Below, piece after piece: positions 40,304-51,313 of a DNA stretch of 64,000 nt; position 1 is the first letter of the stretch, and every line of letters starts with the position of its first letter. The stretch is taken from positions 3,232,001 to 3,296,000 of the forward strand of contig CBDDPY010000002.1 of the NCBI GenBank assembly GCA_965232515.1, read 5' to 3'. The translations under genes were made by a program, and so were the position numbers. This stretch comes from Alphaproteobacteria bacterium (GTDB taxonomy: Bacteria; Pseudomonadota; Alphaproteobacteria; GCA-2731375). The notes under the pieces are model-generated. The model saw nothing but the letters and a program-made list of their open reading frames with translations, was not told the DNA's origin and searched no databases.

Positions 40304-41395
40304 TCAGCCGAGTCCGCCAAGGCCGGCGATGGCTTGGGTGATGATCTGATCGCCGCGCGACCATATCATCGACTTCCAGTCGTCCTTGTCGGGATAGAAG
40401 GCGTCGCGCATCTGTCGCTTGATGCGGCGGCCGAGTTCGCTGGCCGGATCGCCGAAAAGATGCAGCCAGCCATCGGCGCGGATCGCACCCAACGATACCC
40501 GCAGTGGATAGGTGCCGAACTCCAGCGTCACCGAGGCGACAAGCGCATCGGGCAGAAAGCGCTGCAAGCCATAACCGACCTTGCCGTCGATCACCGTTGA
40601 CACCGCGTCGCCGGTATGCGGCACGGTCACCGGCTGGCTGTACCAGGCGACGACACGATCGTGGGCGTCCGTGCCCGGCGGGTGGTAGCACAAGGCCTCG
40701 CCGACGCCATAGGGCCCGAGACCGGTATGCATGTCGACGAACGCGACGTCACGGGCGGCACTCAAGTGCTCGGCCGCGATCGCCGCCAAGGTCCGGTGTG
40801 ACCAGGTCGGACCATTGCCGCCAAAGAACATACCATCGGGAAAGGCGTATTGTCCGCGCGAAGCGCGCAACAGCGATTGTTCGCCATGTTCGGCGGCGTA
40901 ATCGGCAAGGCGCTTCTCGGCCGCGGCATGCGCCGGCCCCTCCCAATCGGCCGGCAGCATGGCATCGGCCAGTTCGGCATATTCGTCATTCGACGGATAG
41001 GGCGCGTCGTGATCGATGAAATTGCGGTTCAGGTCGATATTGTCCTCGTTGACCCGTCGCAGCCAGGCGAATCCGTAGGCGTTGAAGCCGTGGATCAGCA
41101 AAACGGCAACGCCAGGCGGCAGTTCGCGGTCGCGGCGGTTGCGCAGCCAGCCGACCTGGATGCCGGAACCGCAGAAACCCTCGGCGCCGTGCGTCGCTGA
41201 ATTCACCACGACGACGCGCGACGCATCGGCGGGGCCGGCGCGCACGACATCGATGCTGAGCGACCCGCCATCCGGTCCCTTGGCGGGGTTCTCATAAACC
41301 TTCACGTCCAGGTCGGCCGCTGCCGCGGCCTCCCGGAACATCGACCGGGCGTGACTGTAGTCGCGCGCAAAATAGGCACTAGTGGCTTGGTTCAC
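40304..41395 (-). CDS. M14-like Zn hydrolase (DUF2817 type)
   Basis: SATHGAEGFCGS, DLNRNF, DMHTGLG, LEFGT. Confidence 0.85.
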   Translation of the reverse strand: MNQATSAYFARDYSHARSMFREAAAAADLDVKVYENPAKGPDGGSLSIDVVRAGPADASRVVVVNSATHGAEGFCGSGIQVGWLRNRRDRELPPGVAVLLIHGFNAYGFAWLRRVNEDNIDLNRNFIDHDAPYPSNDEYAELADAMLPADWEGPAHAAAEKRLADYAAEHGEQSLLRASRGQYAFPDGMFFGGNGPTWSHRTLAAIAAEHLSAARDVAFVDMHTGLGPYGVGEALCYHPPGTDAHDRVVAWYSQPVTVPHTGDAVSTVIDGKVGYGLQRFLPDALVASVTLEFGTYPLRVSLGAIRADGWLHLFGDPASELGRRIKRQMRDAFYPDKDDWKSMIWSRGDQIITQAIAGLGGLG

Positions 41396-41482
41396 GGGCT
41401 GCCCCCTCTACCGAAAGGCGCGCAACGGTTAAACTGACGCGCAAGCGGGATCATAACCCAGTTGTCGCGGGGAGGAATGGTG

Positions 41483-43042
41483 ATGCAACTGACGCAGGCC
41501 CTGAAGCGGGCGGTGCAGATCAACCGCACCGGCACGGCCACACGGTTCGAGGACCGGCAATGGACCTGGGAACAGTTCGGCAATCGTGTGGCGCGGCTGG
41601 CCGCCGGCATCCGGAACCTGGGTGTTCGGGATGGCGACCGGGTGGCGATCCTGGCGCTGAACAGCGACCGTTATCTCGAGTTCCTGTTCGCCGTGCCCTG
41701 GGCCGGCGGCGTCTTCGTGCCTATCAACACCCGCCTGGCGCCGCCCGAGATCGTCTACTGGCTGAACGATTCCGGCGCGTCCGTGCTGTTCGTCGACGAC
41801 AATTTCACCGACATGCTGCCGCGCATCCGCAACGATCTTGAGAGCGTCGATCACCTCGTCTATCTCGGCGACGAGGCCGCGCCGGCCGGCATGACCCACC
41901 ACGAAAGCCTGATCGACGGTTCGGCCGCGGCCGACGATGCCATGGCCGGCGGCGACACGCTGGCCGGCATTTTCTATACCGGCGGCACCACCGGGCAATC
42001 CAAGGGCGTGATGCTGAGCCATACCAACCTGGTCAGCAACGCGCTGTTCATCGTGCCGGGCGTTGGCTTCAACCAAGATACGAACTGGCTGCACGCGGCG
42101 CCCATGTTCCACCTGGCCGACGGCTGCGCCACCATCGGCATTACCATGGTCGCCGGCAGCCATTGCTTCATTCCGAGCTTCAACCCGGACGCGGCGCTGG
42201 CCGCGATCGCGCGCTATCGCGTGACCAACAGCGTCTTCGTGCCGACCATGGTCAACATGCTGGTCAACCACCCGCGCCTTGCCGACTACGACGTGTCGAG
42301 CCTGAAGACGATGCTTTATGGCGCATCGCCGATGCCCGAAGCGGTCATCCGGCAGGCCATGCAGGTAATGCCGCAGGTGCAGTTCATCCAGGGCTACGGT
42401 CAGACCGAGGCGGCGCCGCTGATGACGCTGCTGACGGCGCGCTATCACCAGCCGGACGGCCCGCACGCCGACAAGATGACGTCGGCGGGACTGGCGGCGC
42501 TCGGCATCGAGGTCCAGATCCTGGACGAGGACGGCCACGAGTGTCCGCGCGGCACGGTCGGCGAGATCTGCGGCCGCGGCCCGAACGTCATGCTGGGCTA
42601 TTGGAACAAGCCGGAGCTGACGGCCGAGACCCTGCGGGACGGCTGGCTGCATACCGGCGACGGCGGCTATATGGATGCCGATGGGTTCCTCTACATCGTC
42701 GACCGCGTGAAGGACATGATCATCAGCGGCGGCGAGAACGTCTATTCGGCCGAGGTCGAGAATGCCGTCTATCAGCACGCGGCGGTCGCCGAATGCGCCG
42801 TGATCGGCGTGCCCAGCGACAAATGGGGCGAGCAGGTGCACGCCATCGTGCGTCTGAAGGACGGCGCCGCGCTGGACGAGGCCGGCCTGATCGCCCACTG
42901 CCATGCGCTGATCGCCGGCTATAAGTGCCCGCGCAGCGTCAGCTTCGTGACCGATCCGCTGCCGCTCTCTGGCGCCGGCAAGATCCTGAAAACCGAGCTG
43001 CGCAAGCCCTATTGGGAAGGACAGGCGAAACAGGTGCACTGA
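41483..43042 (+). CDS. Long-chain acyl-CoA ligase (ANL adenylation family)
   Basis: YTGGTTGQSKG, YGQTE, TGD, DRVKDMIISGGENVY, GKILK. Confidence 0.93.
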   Translation: MQLTQALKRAVQINRTGTATRFEDRQWTWEQFGNRVARLAAGIRNLGVRDGDRVAILALNSDRYLEFLFAVPWAGGVFVPINTRLAPPEIVYWLNDSGASVLFVDDNFTDMLPRIRNDLESVDHLVYLGDEAAPAGMTHHESLIDGSAAADDAMAGGDTLAGIFYTGGTTGQSKGVMLSHTNLVSNALFIVPGVGFNQDTNWLHAAPMFHLADGCATIGITMVAGSHCFIPSFNPDAALAAIARYRVTNSVFVPTMVNMLVNHPRLADYDVSSLKTMLYGASPMPEAVIRQAMQVMPQVQFIQGYGQTEAAPLMTLLTARYHQPDGPHADKMTSAGLAALGIEVQILDEDGHECPRGTVGEICGRGPNVMLGYWNKPELTAETLRDGWLHTGDGGYMDADGFLYIVDRVKDMIISGGENVYSAEVENAVYQHAAVAECAVIGVPSDKWGEQVHAIVRLKDGAALDEAGLIAHCHALIAGYKCPRSVSFVTDPLPLSGAGKILKTELRKPYWEGQAKQVH

Positions 43043-43086
43043 CTCCGATGGCTCTGGCCAGGCACCGCCACTAAGAGGGACAGTAC

Positions 43087-43590
43087 CTATTTCCGCGCGA
43101 GCTGCTTGACCATTTTCCAGAACGTCGGCGCGCTGTATCCGGGATGCGTGCCCTGGCCGACCTTTTCGAAGCCCAGGCGCTCGAACAGGGCGACGTTCTC
43201 GGGCAGAGCCTTCCGGGTGCTGAGGCTGAGACGGTGGCGGCCGCGCCGAGCCGCCTCCGCCGCGACGGCATCGACCAGCCGACGGGCGAGGCCCTGGTCC
43301 CGGACGACCGGATCGACGGCGAGCTTGTGTAGATAGAGGCTGTCCGGTTCCTCCCGAAAGAACACGCAGCCGATCGGACGGCCGTCCCGCTCGGCGATCA
43401 CCAGTCCGCCACTGGCGGCGTGCGCGGCGAGGCTTTCTGCCGTCTCGGCGTGCGCCGACGACGGCGGGTCGGTCTCGCGCGGCTGTAAGGCGAATGCCGC
43501 ATGCAGAACCTCCAGCACGGCATCGAACCGGTCAAAATGCCGGTCGGCCGTCGTCAACCTGATGTCGCCGGGCGTTGGATCGGCCGTCAT
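43087..43590 (-). CDS. GNAT family N-acetyltransferase
   Basis: LAVDP..RDQGLA, N.ALFERLGF. Confidence 0.85.
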   Translation of the reverse strand: MTADPTPGDIRLTTADRHFDRFDAVLEVLHAAFALQPRETDPPSSAHAETAESLAAHAASGGLVIAERDGRPIGCVFFREEPDSLYLHKLAVDPVVRDQGLARRLVDAVAAEAARRGRHRLSLSTRKALPENVALFERLGFEKVGQGTHPGYSAPTFWKMVKQLARK

Positions 43591-43707
43591 CTGCGTTACC
43601 ACTGAGGCCTCTTTACAGACGGCATGTTAACGGCTTTTCCGCGCGGCAGGTGCTATGCTAGTGGTGCCCGCGAGCGATATTCCCGTTTCCGCAGAAGAAG
43701 ATAGCGT

Positions 43708-44679
43708 ATGACCGACAGCAGGCCTGACAAACTCGCCTCGATCGACGGCATTGCCGAGGGGCTGGCCGCGGCCGGCTATATCGCCACGCGGCAGATCTGC
43801 ACGGCCGTGCATATCGCCCGGCATCTCGACAAGCCGATCCTGGTGGAAGGGCCGGCCGGCGTCGGCAAGACGGAACTGGCGCTGGCGACATCCGGTTTCC
43901 TCGGCCTGCCGCTGGTGCGGCTGCAGTGCTACGAGGGTCTGGACGAGAGCAAGGCGCTCTATGAGTGGAAATACGGCAAGCAGCTGCTCTACACCCAGAT
44001 CTTGAAGGAGAAGCTGGCGGACCTGCTGGACGACGCCAAGGGCCTGGAGAAGTCGCTCGAGCGGCTGCACGGTTTCGACGACATCTTCTTCTCCGAGCAG
44101 TTTTTGGAGCCCCGGCCGTTGCTGAAAGCGCTGCGCGAGCCGGCCGGCGCGGTGCTGCTGATCGACGAGATCGACAAGGCGGACGAGGAGTTCGAGGCCT
44201 TTTTGCTGGAGGTGCTGTCGGCGCATCAGGTTTCGATCCCCGAGATCGGCACGGTCAAGGCGGGCGTGCCGCCGATCGCGTTCCTGACCAGCAACAACAC
44301 GCGCGAGCTGGGCGACGCCCTGAAACGGCGCTGCCTGCATCTGCATATCGACTTCCCCGACGCCCGGCTGGAGACGCGCATCGTTGAGAGCCGCGTGCCG
44401 GGCATCTCGGCGCGGCTGAAGCGCGAGTTGATCGCCTTCGTCCAGGGCTTGCGCACGATCGACCTGAAGAAGCAGCCGTCGGTCGCCGAGACCATCGACT
44501 GGGCCCGGGTGCTGCTGTTGCTGCACGCCGAGCATCTCGATGCCGAGCTGGTGCGCGACACGCTGAACGTGCTGCTGAAGTTCGAGAGCGACATCGAGGC
44601 CGCGGGCGCGCAGCTGCACGAGCTGACCCGCAAGGCGCGGCAGGAAGGCGAGCGCTTCGCCGATGCAGCCAACGCTTGA
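43708..44679 (+). CDS. MoxR-family AAA+ ATPase, CoxD-like
   Basis: GPAGVGKT, RLQCYEGLD, LIDEIDK, FLLEVL, DALKRRC, PSVAETIDW. Confidence 0.92.
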   Translation: MTDSRPDKLASIDGIAEGLAAAGYIATRQICTAVHIARHLDKPILVEGPAGVGKTELALATSGFLGLPLVRLQCYEGLDESKALYEWKYGKQLLYTQILKEKLADLLDDAKGLEKSLERLHGFDDIFFSEQFLEPRPLLKALREPAGAVLLIDEIDKADEEFEAFLLEVLSAHQVSIPEIGTVKAGVPPIAFLTSNNTRELGDALKRRCLHLHIDFPDARLETRIVESRVPGISARLKRELIAFVQGLRTIDLKKQPSVAETIDWARVLLLLHAEHLDAELVRDTLNVLLKFESDIEAAGAQLHELTRKARQEGERFADAANA

Positions 44680-45997
44680 AGCCTTCGTCCGGGCGCTGCG
44701 CGGCGCCGATGTGCCGGTCACGATCGGCGAAAGCATCGACGCCGCCAAGGCGGTGGCGCATATCGGCTATGACGACCGCCAGCGCCTGAAGGACACGCTG
44801 GGCCTGATCCTGGCGAAGACGGTCGACGAAAAGCAGCGTTTCGACACCTGTTTCGAGCTGTTCTTCGACCGCGATGCGCCATCTGAATTCGAAGCTGACA
44901 TGCCGGATGGCATGCCCGGCGACGGCCCGGCCGACGACCTGCCGCTGGCGGAGATGCTGACGGAGGGCGACATGGCCGGTCTGACAGCGGCGATGGAGGC
45001 TGCTGCGGCGGCGAGCGGCGTCGCCGAGATCCGCTTCGCCAGCCAGCGCGGCCTGCTGGCCCGCCGACTGCTGGACGCCATGGGCCTGCGCGACCTGGAG
45101 GCGGCAATCGCGCAAGGCCAACGCGGCGGTCAGCCGGCGGACATGTCCCGGGCCCAGATGCTGGAGCGCGGCCGCAGCTACCTGCTGGACGAGGCCCGCG
45201 CCTATGTCGACCGGCAATACGCGCTCTATGCGGCGCCGACGAGCCGGGATTTGCGCGAGCAGTTCCTGGCCGACGCCCGGCTGAGCGCCATCCCGCGCCA
45301 TGAATTCGCGACCATGGAACGTGTGGTGCGGCGGCTGGCCAAACGCATTGCCGCCAAGCACAGCCGCCGGCACAAGCAGACCAAGCGCGGTCAGCTGGAC
45401 GTGCGGCACATGCTGCGCCGGAACGTCGGCCACGACGGCGTGCCGTTCGACATCGTCTGGAAGCACCGCAAGCGCGACCGCGCCAAGGTCGTGGCGATCT
45501 GCGACGTCAGCCGATCGGTCGCCGCCGCGGCGCAATTCCTGCTGATGTTCCTCTATGCCCTGCACGACGTGATCGCCGATATCCATGCCTTCGCCTTCTC
45601 CGACCGGCTGGTCGAGGTCGGCGGCACGCTCGACGAGCATGCCGTCGAGCAGGCGATCGAGCAGGTGCTGAAGGATATCGGTTTCGGCTCGACCGACTAC
45701 GGCCGGGCGCTGGAGGACTTCATGGACGGCTGGCCCGGCCTGATCGACCGGCGCACGACGGTGATCATCATGGGCGACGGCCGCAGCAACGACACCAATC
45801 CGCGGGTCGACCTGCTGGCCGAGATCGCCCAGCGGTCGAAGCAGTTGATCTGGCTGAATCCGGAGCCGAAGAATTTCTGGGGCAGCGGCGATTCCGAGAT
45901 GCCGCGCTACGCCCCGCATTGCCGGCTGGCGCGCACCTGCAACACCGTTAAACAGCTGGAACGCACGGTCGACGAACTTTTGCGCGCTTACGACTAG
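44663..45997 (+). CDS. VWA domain protein, CoxE-like
   Basis: MIDAS DVSRS, STDYG, GDGRSN, WLNPE; overlaps the AAA gene. Confidence 0.9.
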   Translation: MQPTLEAFVRALRGADVPVTIGESIDAAKAVAHIGYDDRQRLKDTLGLILAKTVDEKQRFDTCFELFFDRDAPSEFEADMPDGMPGDGPADDLPLAEMLTEGDMAGLTAAMEAAAAASGVAEIRFASQRGLLARRLLDAMGLRDLEAAIAQGQRGGQPADMSRAQMLERGRSYLLDEARAYVDRQYALYAAPTSRDLREQFLADARLSAIPRHEFATMERVVRRLAKRIAAKHSRRHKQTKRGQLDVRHMLRRNVGHDGVPFDIVWKHRKRDRAKVVAICDVSRSVAAAAQFLLMFLYALHDVIADIHAFAFSDRLVEVGGTLDEHAVEQAIEQVLKDIGFGSTDYGRALEDFMDGWPGLIDRRTTVIIMGDGRSNDTNPRVDLLAEIAQRSKQLIWLNPEPKNFWGSGDSEMPRYAPHCRLARTCNTVKQLERTVDELLRAYD

Positions 45998-47085
45998 CCG
46001 TTGGCGAGGCCAGCAAGGCCCTTGGCCACGATCTCACGGGCGCGCGCGAAGATGTCGGCCTTCCATGGATCGTCGTCGCCGTAGAAGGCGGCGCGGATCT
46101 GCGCCTTGATGTCGCGGCCCAGCGGCGTGTCGACATCGCCGTGTAGATGCAGCCAGTTGTCGGCCCGAAGCGCGTTTAGCACGTCGAGCACGGGCACCGT
46201 GCCGTATTCCAGCGCGATGCCGGTATAGGCGGTGCCGGACGGCAGGGCCGCGGTGAAGGCATTGGAGAGCGTGCCCTGGACGACGGCGCTTTTGCTGTCG
46301 CCGACCTCCGGTGAGGTAACGTCATCGCCATACCAGTCGCGGGCACGGTGATGGTCGGCGCTGTTCGGCTGACCGACAAAAATCGGTTCGCCATAGCCGC
46401 GCGGCCCCAGGCCGGTATGAAAATCGATGAAACCGACATGGGCGCGGCCATTGACCTGACGGTCGATGATCCGGCGTAGAATCTGGTTCGACCAGACCGG
46501 CGCCTGCCCGCCGTAGAACAGGCCGTCCGCATGGCCGTACTGGCCGCCGGTCACCGCCGACTGGAACGCGAACTCGCCATGCGCCGAGATGTAGTCGTCG
46601 ATACCGCGGTCGGCGGCCGCCCGCGCCGGCCCGTCCCAGTCGGCCGGCACCACGAGCGCATGGACGGAGTCGTAGGGCTCGTTGGCCGGATGCGGGGCGT
46701 CGTGATCGATGAAGTTGCGATTGATGTCGACATTGTCCTCGTTCACGCGCCGGAGATGCGCGAATCCGAACGGATTGATGGCATGGATCAGCAGCACGGC
46801 CGTGTCGGCAGGCAGCGCATCGAGGTCGCCGCTCAGCAGCAGGCCGATCTGGGCCCCGGAACCGCAGAATCCCTCGACGCCATGGGTGGCCGAGTTGAGG
46901 ACCAGGAGCCTGGAGGCCGATTCCGGGCCCAACCAGGCGGTATCCGTGGTCAGCGCGCCGCCGTCCGGACCGGTGTTGGGATTCTCGATGCTGTCGAGGG
47001 TTGCGCCCGCAGCCGCGGCGGCGGCAAGGAACTTCTCCCGGGCCTCGGCATAGTGGGCCGAAAAAAACTCGTTTACCTTCGTCAT
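45994..47085 (-). CDS. M14-like Zn hydrolase (DUF2817 type), second paralog
   Basis: SATHGVEGFCGS, DINRNF, DFHTGLG, LEYGT. Confidence 0.85.
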   Translation of the reverse strand: MTKVNEFFSAHYAEAREKFLAAAAAAGATLDSIENPNTGPDGGALTTDTAWLGPESASRLLVLNSATHGVEGFCGSGAQIGLLLSGDLDALPADTAVLLIHAINPFGFAHLRRVNEDNVDINRNFIDHDAPHPANEPYDSVHALVVPADWDGPARAAADRGIDDYISAHGEFAFQSAVTGGQYGHADGLFYGGQAPVWSNQILRRIIDRQVNGRAHVGFIDFHTGLGPRGYGEPIFVGQPNSADHHRARDWYGDDVTSPEVGDSKSAVVQGTLSNAFTAALPSGTAYTGIALEYGTVPVLDVLNALRADNWLHLHGDVDTPLGRDIKAQIRAAFYGDDDPWKADIFARAREIVAKGLAGLANG

Positions 47086-47176
47086 GTTAAGTATCCCACT
47101 GACCCCGCGCGATGCCGCCGGTCATGTTAGCGTTGACCGTCGGCTCGTACGACGCAAGATTGAGGGCCCCCTGATC

Positions 47177-47992
47177 ATGGACGACGCTTCCCGCCGTCTA
47201 ACCAAAGCATACAACGATCCCGAGTTTCTGTCCGGCCGCGAAGCGCGGCCGCTGCGGATCCTGGCCGAATATCTGGAACCGAAGGCGCGGTTCGACGAAC
47301 AAGCGATCCAGGACACCATCGTCTTTTTCGGCTCGGCCCGGCTGATGGACCGCGACGCCGCGGAGGCGCGCCTGCAGGCCGCGAAGGCGGGCGACGGCGA
47401 TGTCGCCGAGGCGGAAATGCGGCTGCATCTGTCGACCTACTACGAGGCGGCGCGCGAGCTGGCGAAGCGGCTGACCAAATGGTCGATGGACCTGCCGGGC
47501 GAGACGCAGCGCTTCGTCGTCTGCACCGGCGGCGGGCCGGGCATCATGGAGGCCGCGAACCGCGGCGCGGCCGAGGCCGGCGGCAAGAATATCGGGCTGA
47601 CCATCTCGCTGCCGATCGAGGAGTTCGAGAACGCCTATGTCAGCGAGCGGCTGGGTTTCGAGTTCCACTATTTCTTCATGCGCAAGTTCTGGTTCACCTA
47701 CATGGCGAAGGCGATCGTCGCCATGCCGGGCGGCTTCGGCACGCTGGACGAGCTGTTCGAGATCCTGACCCTGATTCAGACGCTGAAGATGAAGAAAAGC
47801 CTGCCGATCGTGCTGTTCGGCGGCGAGTACTGGAACGAGGTGATCAACTTCGACGCGCTCGTGCGCTTCGGCACCATCAACGCCGACGATCTCGACCTGT
47901 TCCATCACACCGACTCGATCGACGACGCGTTCGACTACATCACCCGCGAGCTCACCGCCCACGCGCTGGACGACACCGGCCCGACGCTCTGA
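47177..47992 (+). CDS. LOG family nucleotide 5'-monophosphate nucleosidase
   Basis: FFGSAR, TGGGPGIMEAANRGA, YFFMRK, PGGFGTLDE. Confidence 0.92.
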   Translation: MDDASRRLTKAYNDPEFLSGREARPLRILAEYLEPKARFDEQAIQDTIVFFGSARLMDRDAAEARLQAAKAGDGDVAEAEMRLHLSTYYEAARELAKRLTKWSMDLPGETQRFVVCTGGGPGIMEAANRGAAEAGGKNIGLTISLPIEEFENAYVSERLGFEFHYFFMRKFWFTYMAKAIVAMPGGFGTLDELFEILTLIQTLKMKKSLPIVLFGGEYWNEVINFDALVRFGTINADDLDLFHHTDSIDDAFDYITRELTAHALDDTGPTL

Positions 47993-47997
47993 TGCCA

Positions 47998-48032
47998 GCC
48001 GCATTAATAGGGACACGCCCTATTAATGCGGC
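47998..48032. terminator. Perfect 15-bp inverted repeat between convergent genes
   Basis: gccgcattaataggg-acacg-ccctattaatgcggc. Confidence 0.55.
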
Positions 48033-48044
48033 GAACCGTGGCGG

Positions 48045-49253
<1,209 letters not shown>

Positions 49254-49318
49254 GGTCGACGTCCTCTCCTCGGATGTGCGGTCTTGGATTGATTTTGAAC
49301 CTGGGATTGCCCCTGACT

Positions 49319-49774
49319 CTAGCGGCGGGCGGCGAAAAAGTCGCGCAGCACTTTGCCGCAGGCAGCCTCGGCGATGCCGGGATAAAGCTCGGGACGGTGG
49401 TGGCAGGTGGGTTGGTGGAAGATGCGGGGGCCGTGCTCGACGCCACCGCCCTTGGGATCGGCCGCACCGTAATACAACCGCGCGATGCGGGCGAAGCTGA
49501 TCGCCTGGGCGCACATCGGACACGGCTCCAGCGTGACGTAGAGATCGCAGCCGGTCAGCCGGGGGCTGCCGAGCGCGGCGCAGGCCGCGCGAATGGCCAG
49601 CAGCTCGGCATGCGCCGTCGGATCGGCGAGCGCCTCGGTGCGGTTGCCGCTGGCCGCCAAAACCCGCCGATCCGGCCCCACGATTAGCGCGCCGACGGGC
49701 ACCTCGCCCCGCTCGGCCGCCGCCCGCGCTTCCGCCAGCGCCCGATCCATAAAGCCCTGCTTCCCTTCGGTCAT
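49319..49774 (-). CDS. tadA: tRNA adenosine(34) deaminase
   Basis: [32 protein letters not shown]-terminus. Confidence 0.88.
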   Translation of the reverse strand: MTEGKQGFMDRALAEARAAAERGEVPVGALIVGPDRRVLAASGNRTEALADPTAHAELLAIRAACAALGSPRLTGCDLYVTLEPCPMCAQAISFARIARLYYGAADPKGGGVEHGPRIFHQPTCHHRPELYPGIAEAACGKVLRDFFAARR

Positions 49775-49846
49775 GCCGGCAACATGCGGGCGATGCTACG
49801 GCCGGTCAAGCAAGCCAGGCAGCTCGCCTTTAATGCTTTTGTGTTG

Positions 49847-49939
49847 ACCACAGAGAGCACAGAGGACACAGAGGGGGTTCAGCGGGCGCAGAGCGCCCTG
49901 AAAGCTCATTTTCTCTGTGTCCTCTGTGCTCTCTGTGGT
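49847..49939. repeat. 93-bp element with 27-bp perfect inverted arms built from 9-nt CACAGAGnn units
   Basis: accacagagagcacagaggacacagag ... ctctgtgtcctctgtgctctctgtggt. Confidence 0.85.
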
Positions 49940-49969
49940 GAAACCCTTTGAATAGCGGCCGTTATCGAG

Positions 49970-50743
49970 ATGGTTGAAGGCGAGCGGATTGCGAAGCGGC
50001 TGGCGCGGGCGGGGTTGTGCTCACGGCGCGAGGCCGAGCGCTGGATCGCCGGCGGCCGGGTCAAGGTCGACGGCAAGCGGATCGACAGCCCGGCGCTGAA
50101 CGTGACGGCGGCGAGCCGTATTCTGGTCGACGGCAAGCCGTTGCCGGACGCGGCGCCGACCGGGCTCTGGCGTTATCACAAGCCGACCGGCCTCTTGACC
50201 ACCCACCGTGATCCCGAGGGCCGGCCGACCGTGTTCGACCGGCTGCCGGCCGAGCTCGGCCGGGTGATCGCTGTCGGCCGGCTGGACATTAATTCCGAAG
50301 GCCTGCTGCTGCTGACCAACGACGGCGAGCTCGCCCGCTATCTCGAGCATCCGTCGACCGGCTGGACCCGGCGCTATCGCGTGCGCGTGCACGGCAAGCC
50401 CGAGGCCGAGGCGCTGGCGGCGCTCGCCAAAGGCGTGACCGTGGATGGCGTGAAGTACGGCCCGATCGACGCGCGGATCGACCGGGTGCAGGGCGCCAAT
50501 GCCTGGCTGACGATGGGGTTGAAGGAGGGCAAGAACCGCGAGGTGCGGCGCATCTGCGAGCATCTGGGCCTGGAGGTCTCGCGGCTGATCCGCATTTCCT
50601 ATGGCCCGTTTCAGCTCGGCGACCTGCCGCGCGGCGAGGTCAAGGCGGTGCCGCGGCGGATGCTGCGTGACCAGTTGGGTGGCCAGGCGAAACGCTTCGG
50701 CCTGGCGCCGGAAAAAGATGCGAATCGTCGGCGGAAGGCATAG
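49970..50743 (+). CDS. rluB: rRNA pseudouridine synthase (RsuA/RluB family)
   Basis: S4 domain ERIAK.LARAGLCSRR, GRLD catalytic motif, EGKNREVRR. Confidence 0.88.
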   Translation: MVEGERIAKRLARAGLCSRREAERWIAGGRVKVDGKRIDSPALNVTAASRILVDGKPLPDAAPTGLWRYHKPTGLLTTHRDPEGRPTVFDRLPAELGRVIAVGRLDINSEGLLLLTNDGELARYLEHPSTGWTRRYRVRVHGKPEAEALAALAKGVTVDGVKYGPIDARIDRVQGANAWLTMGLKEGKNREVRRICEHLGLEVSRLIRISYGPFQLGDLPRGEVKAVPRRMLRDQLGGQAKRFGLAPEKDANRRRKA

Positions 50744-51287
50744 GGGCCGGCGGCTTTCGGCGCCCGAGGGTCGCAACATCCGCCCGACCGCCGACCGGGC
50801 GCGCGAGGCGGTGTTCAACCTGCTGGCCCACGGGCCCTATGCCGGCGACGCCGGCCCGATGCCCGCCGGCGTCGACGTGCTGGACGCCTTCGCCGGCACC
50901 GGCGCGCTCGGCTTCGAAGCCCTGTCGCGCGGCGCCGCGCATGTCACGTTTCTTGAGCAGGATGCGGCGGCGGTGCGGCTGATCAAACAGAACGCCGCGA
51001 CGCTCGGCGAAACGCCCAATGTCTCGGTGCTGCAACGCGATGCGACCCAACCCGGCCCGGCGACGCGGCCGCACGGCCTGGCGCTGCTCGACGCGCCCTA
51101 CCGCAGCGACCTGACCGTACCGGCGCTGACGGCGCTGGCGGCGGACGGCTGGCTCGCGGCGGAAGCCGTCGTCGTGGTCGAGTTGGGCAAAGACGAGGAA
51201 CTGGATGTACCGGCAGGCTTCACGCCGGTCGACGATCGCCGCTACGGCGCCGCCCGGATGCTCCTGCTGGAATATCAGCCAAGTTAA
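50718..51287 (+). CDS. rsmD: 16S rRNA m2G966 methyltransferase
   Basis: MRIVGG..RGRRL, RPTADRAREA.FN, LDAFAGTGALG.EALSRGA, DAPY. Confidence 0.93.
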   Translation: MRIVGGRHRGRRLSAPEGRNIRPTADRAREAVFNLLAHGPYAGDAGPMPAGVDVLDAFAGTGALGFEALSRGAAHVTFLEQDAAAVRLIKQNAATLGETPNVSVLQRDATQPGPATRPHGLALLDAPYRSDLTVPALTALAADGWLAAEAVVVVELGKDEELDVPAGFTPVDDRRYGAARMLLLEYQPS

Positions 51288-51313
51288 TGACCGAACACCC
51301 GGCTCGCTTTTTG

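Noticed and set aside
43708-45997. CO dehydrogenase cluster
   Set aside because: Only accessory-type AAA/VWA genes are present; there is no coxMSL.
49847-49939. Possible CRISPR or mini-array
   Set aside because: The repeats are 9-nt units in inverted arms with no unique spacers, and there are no cas genes.
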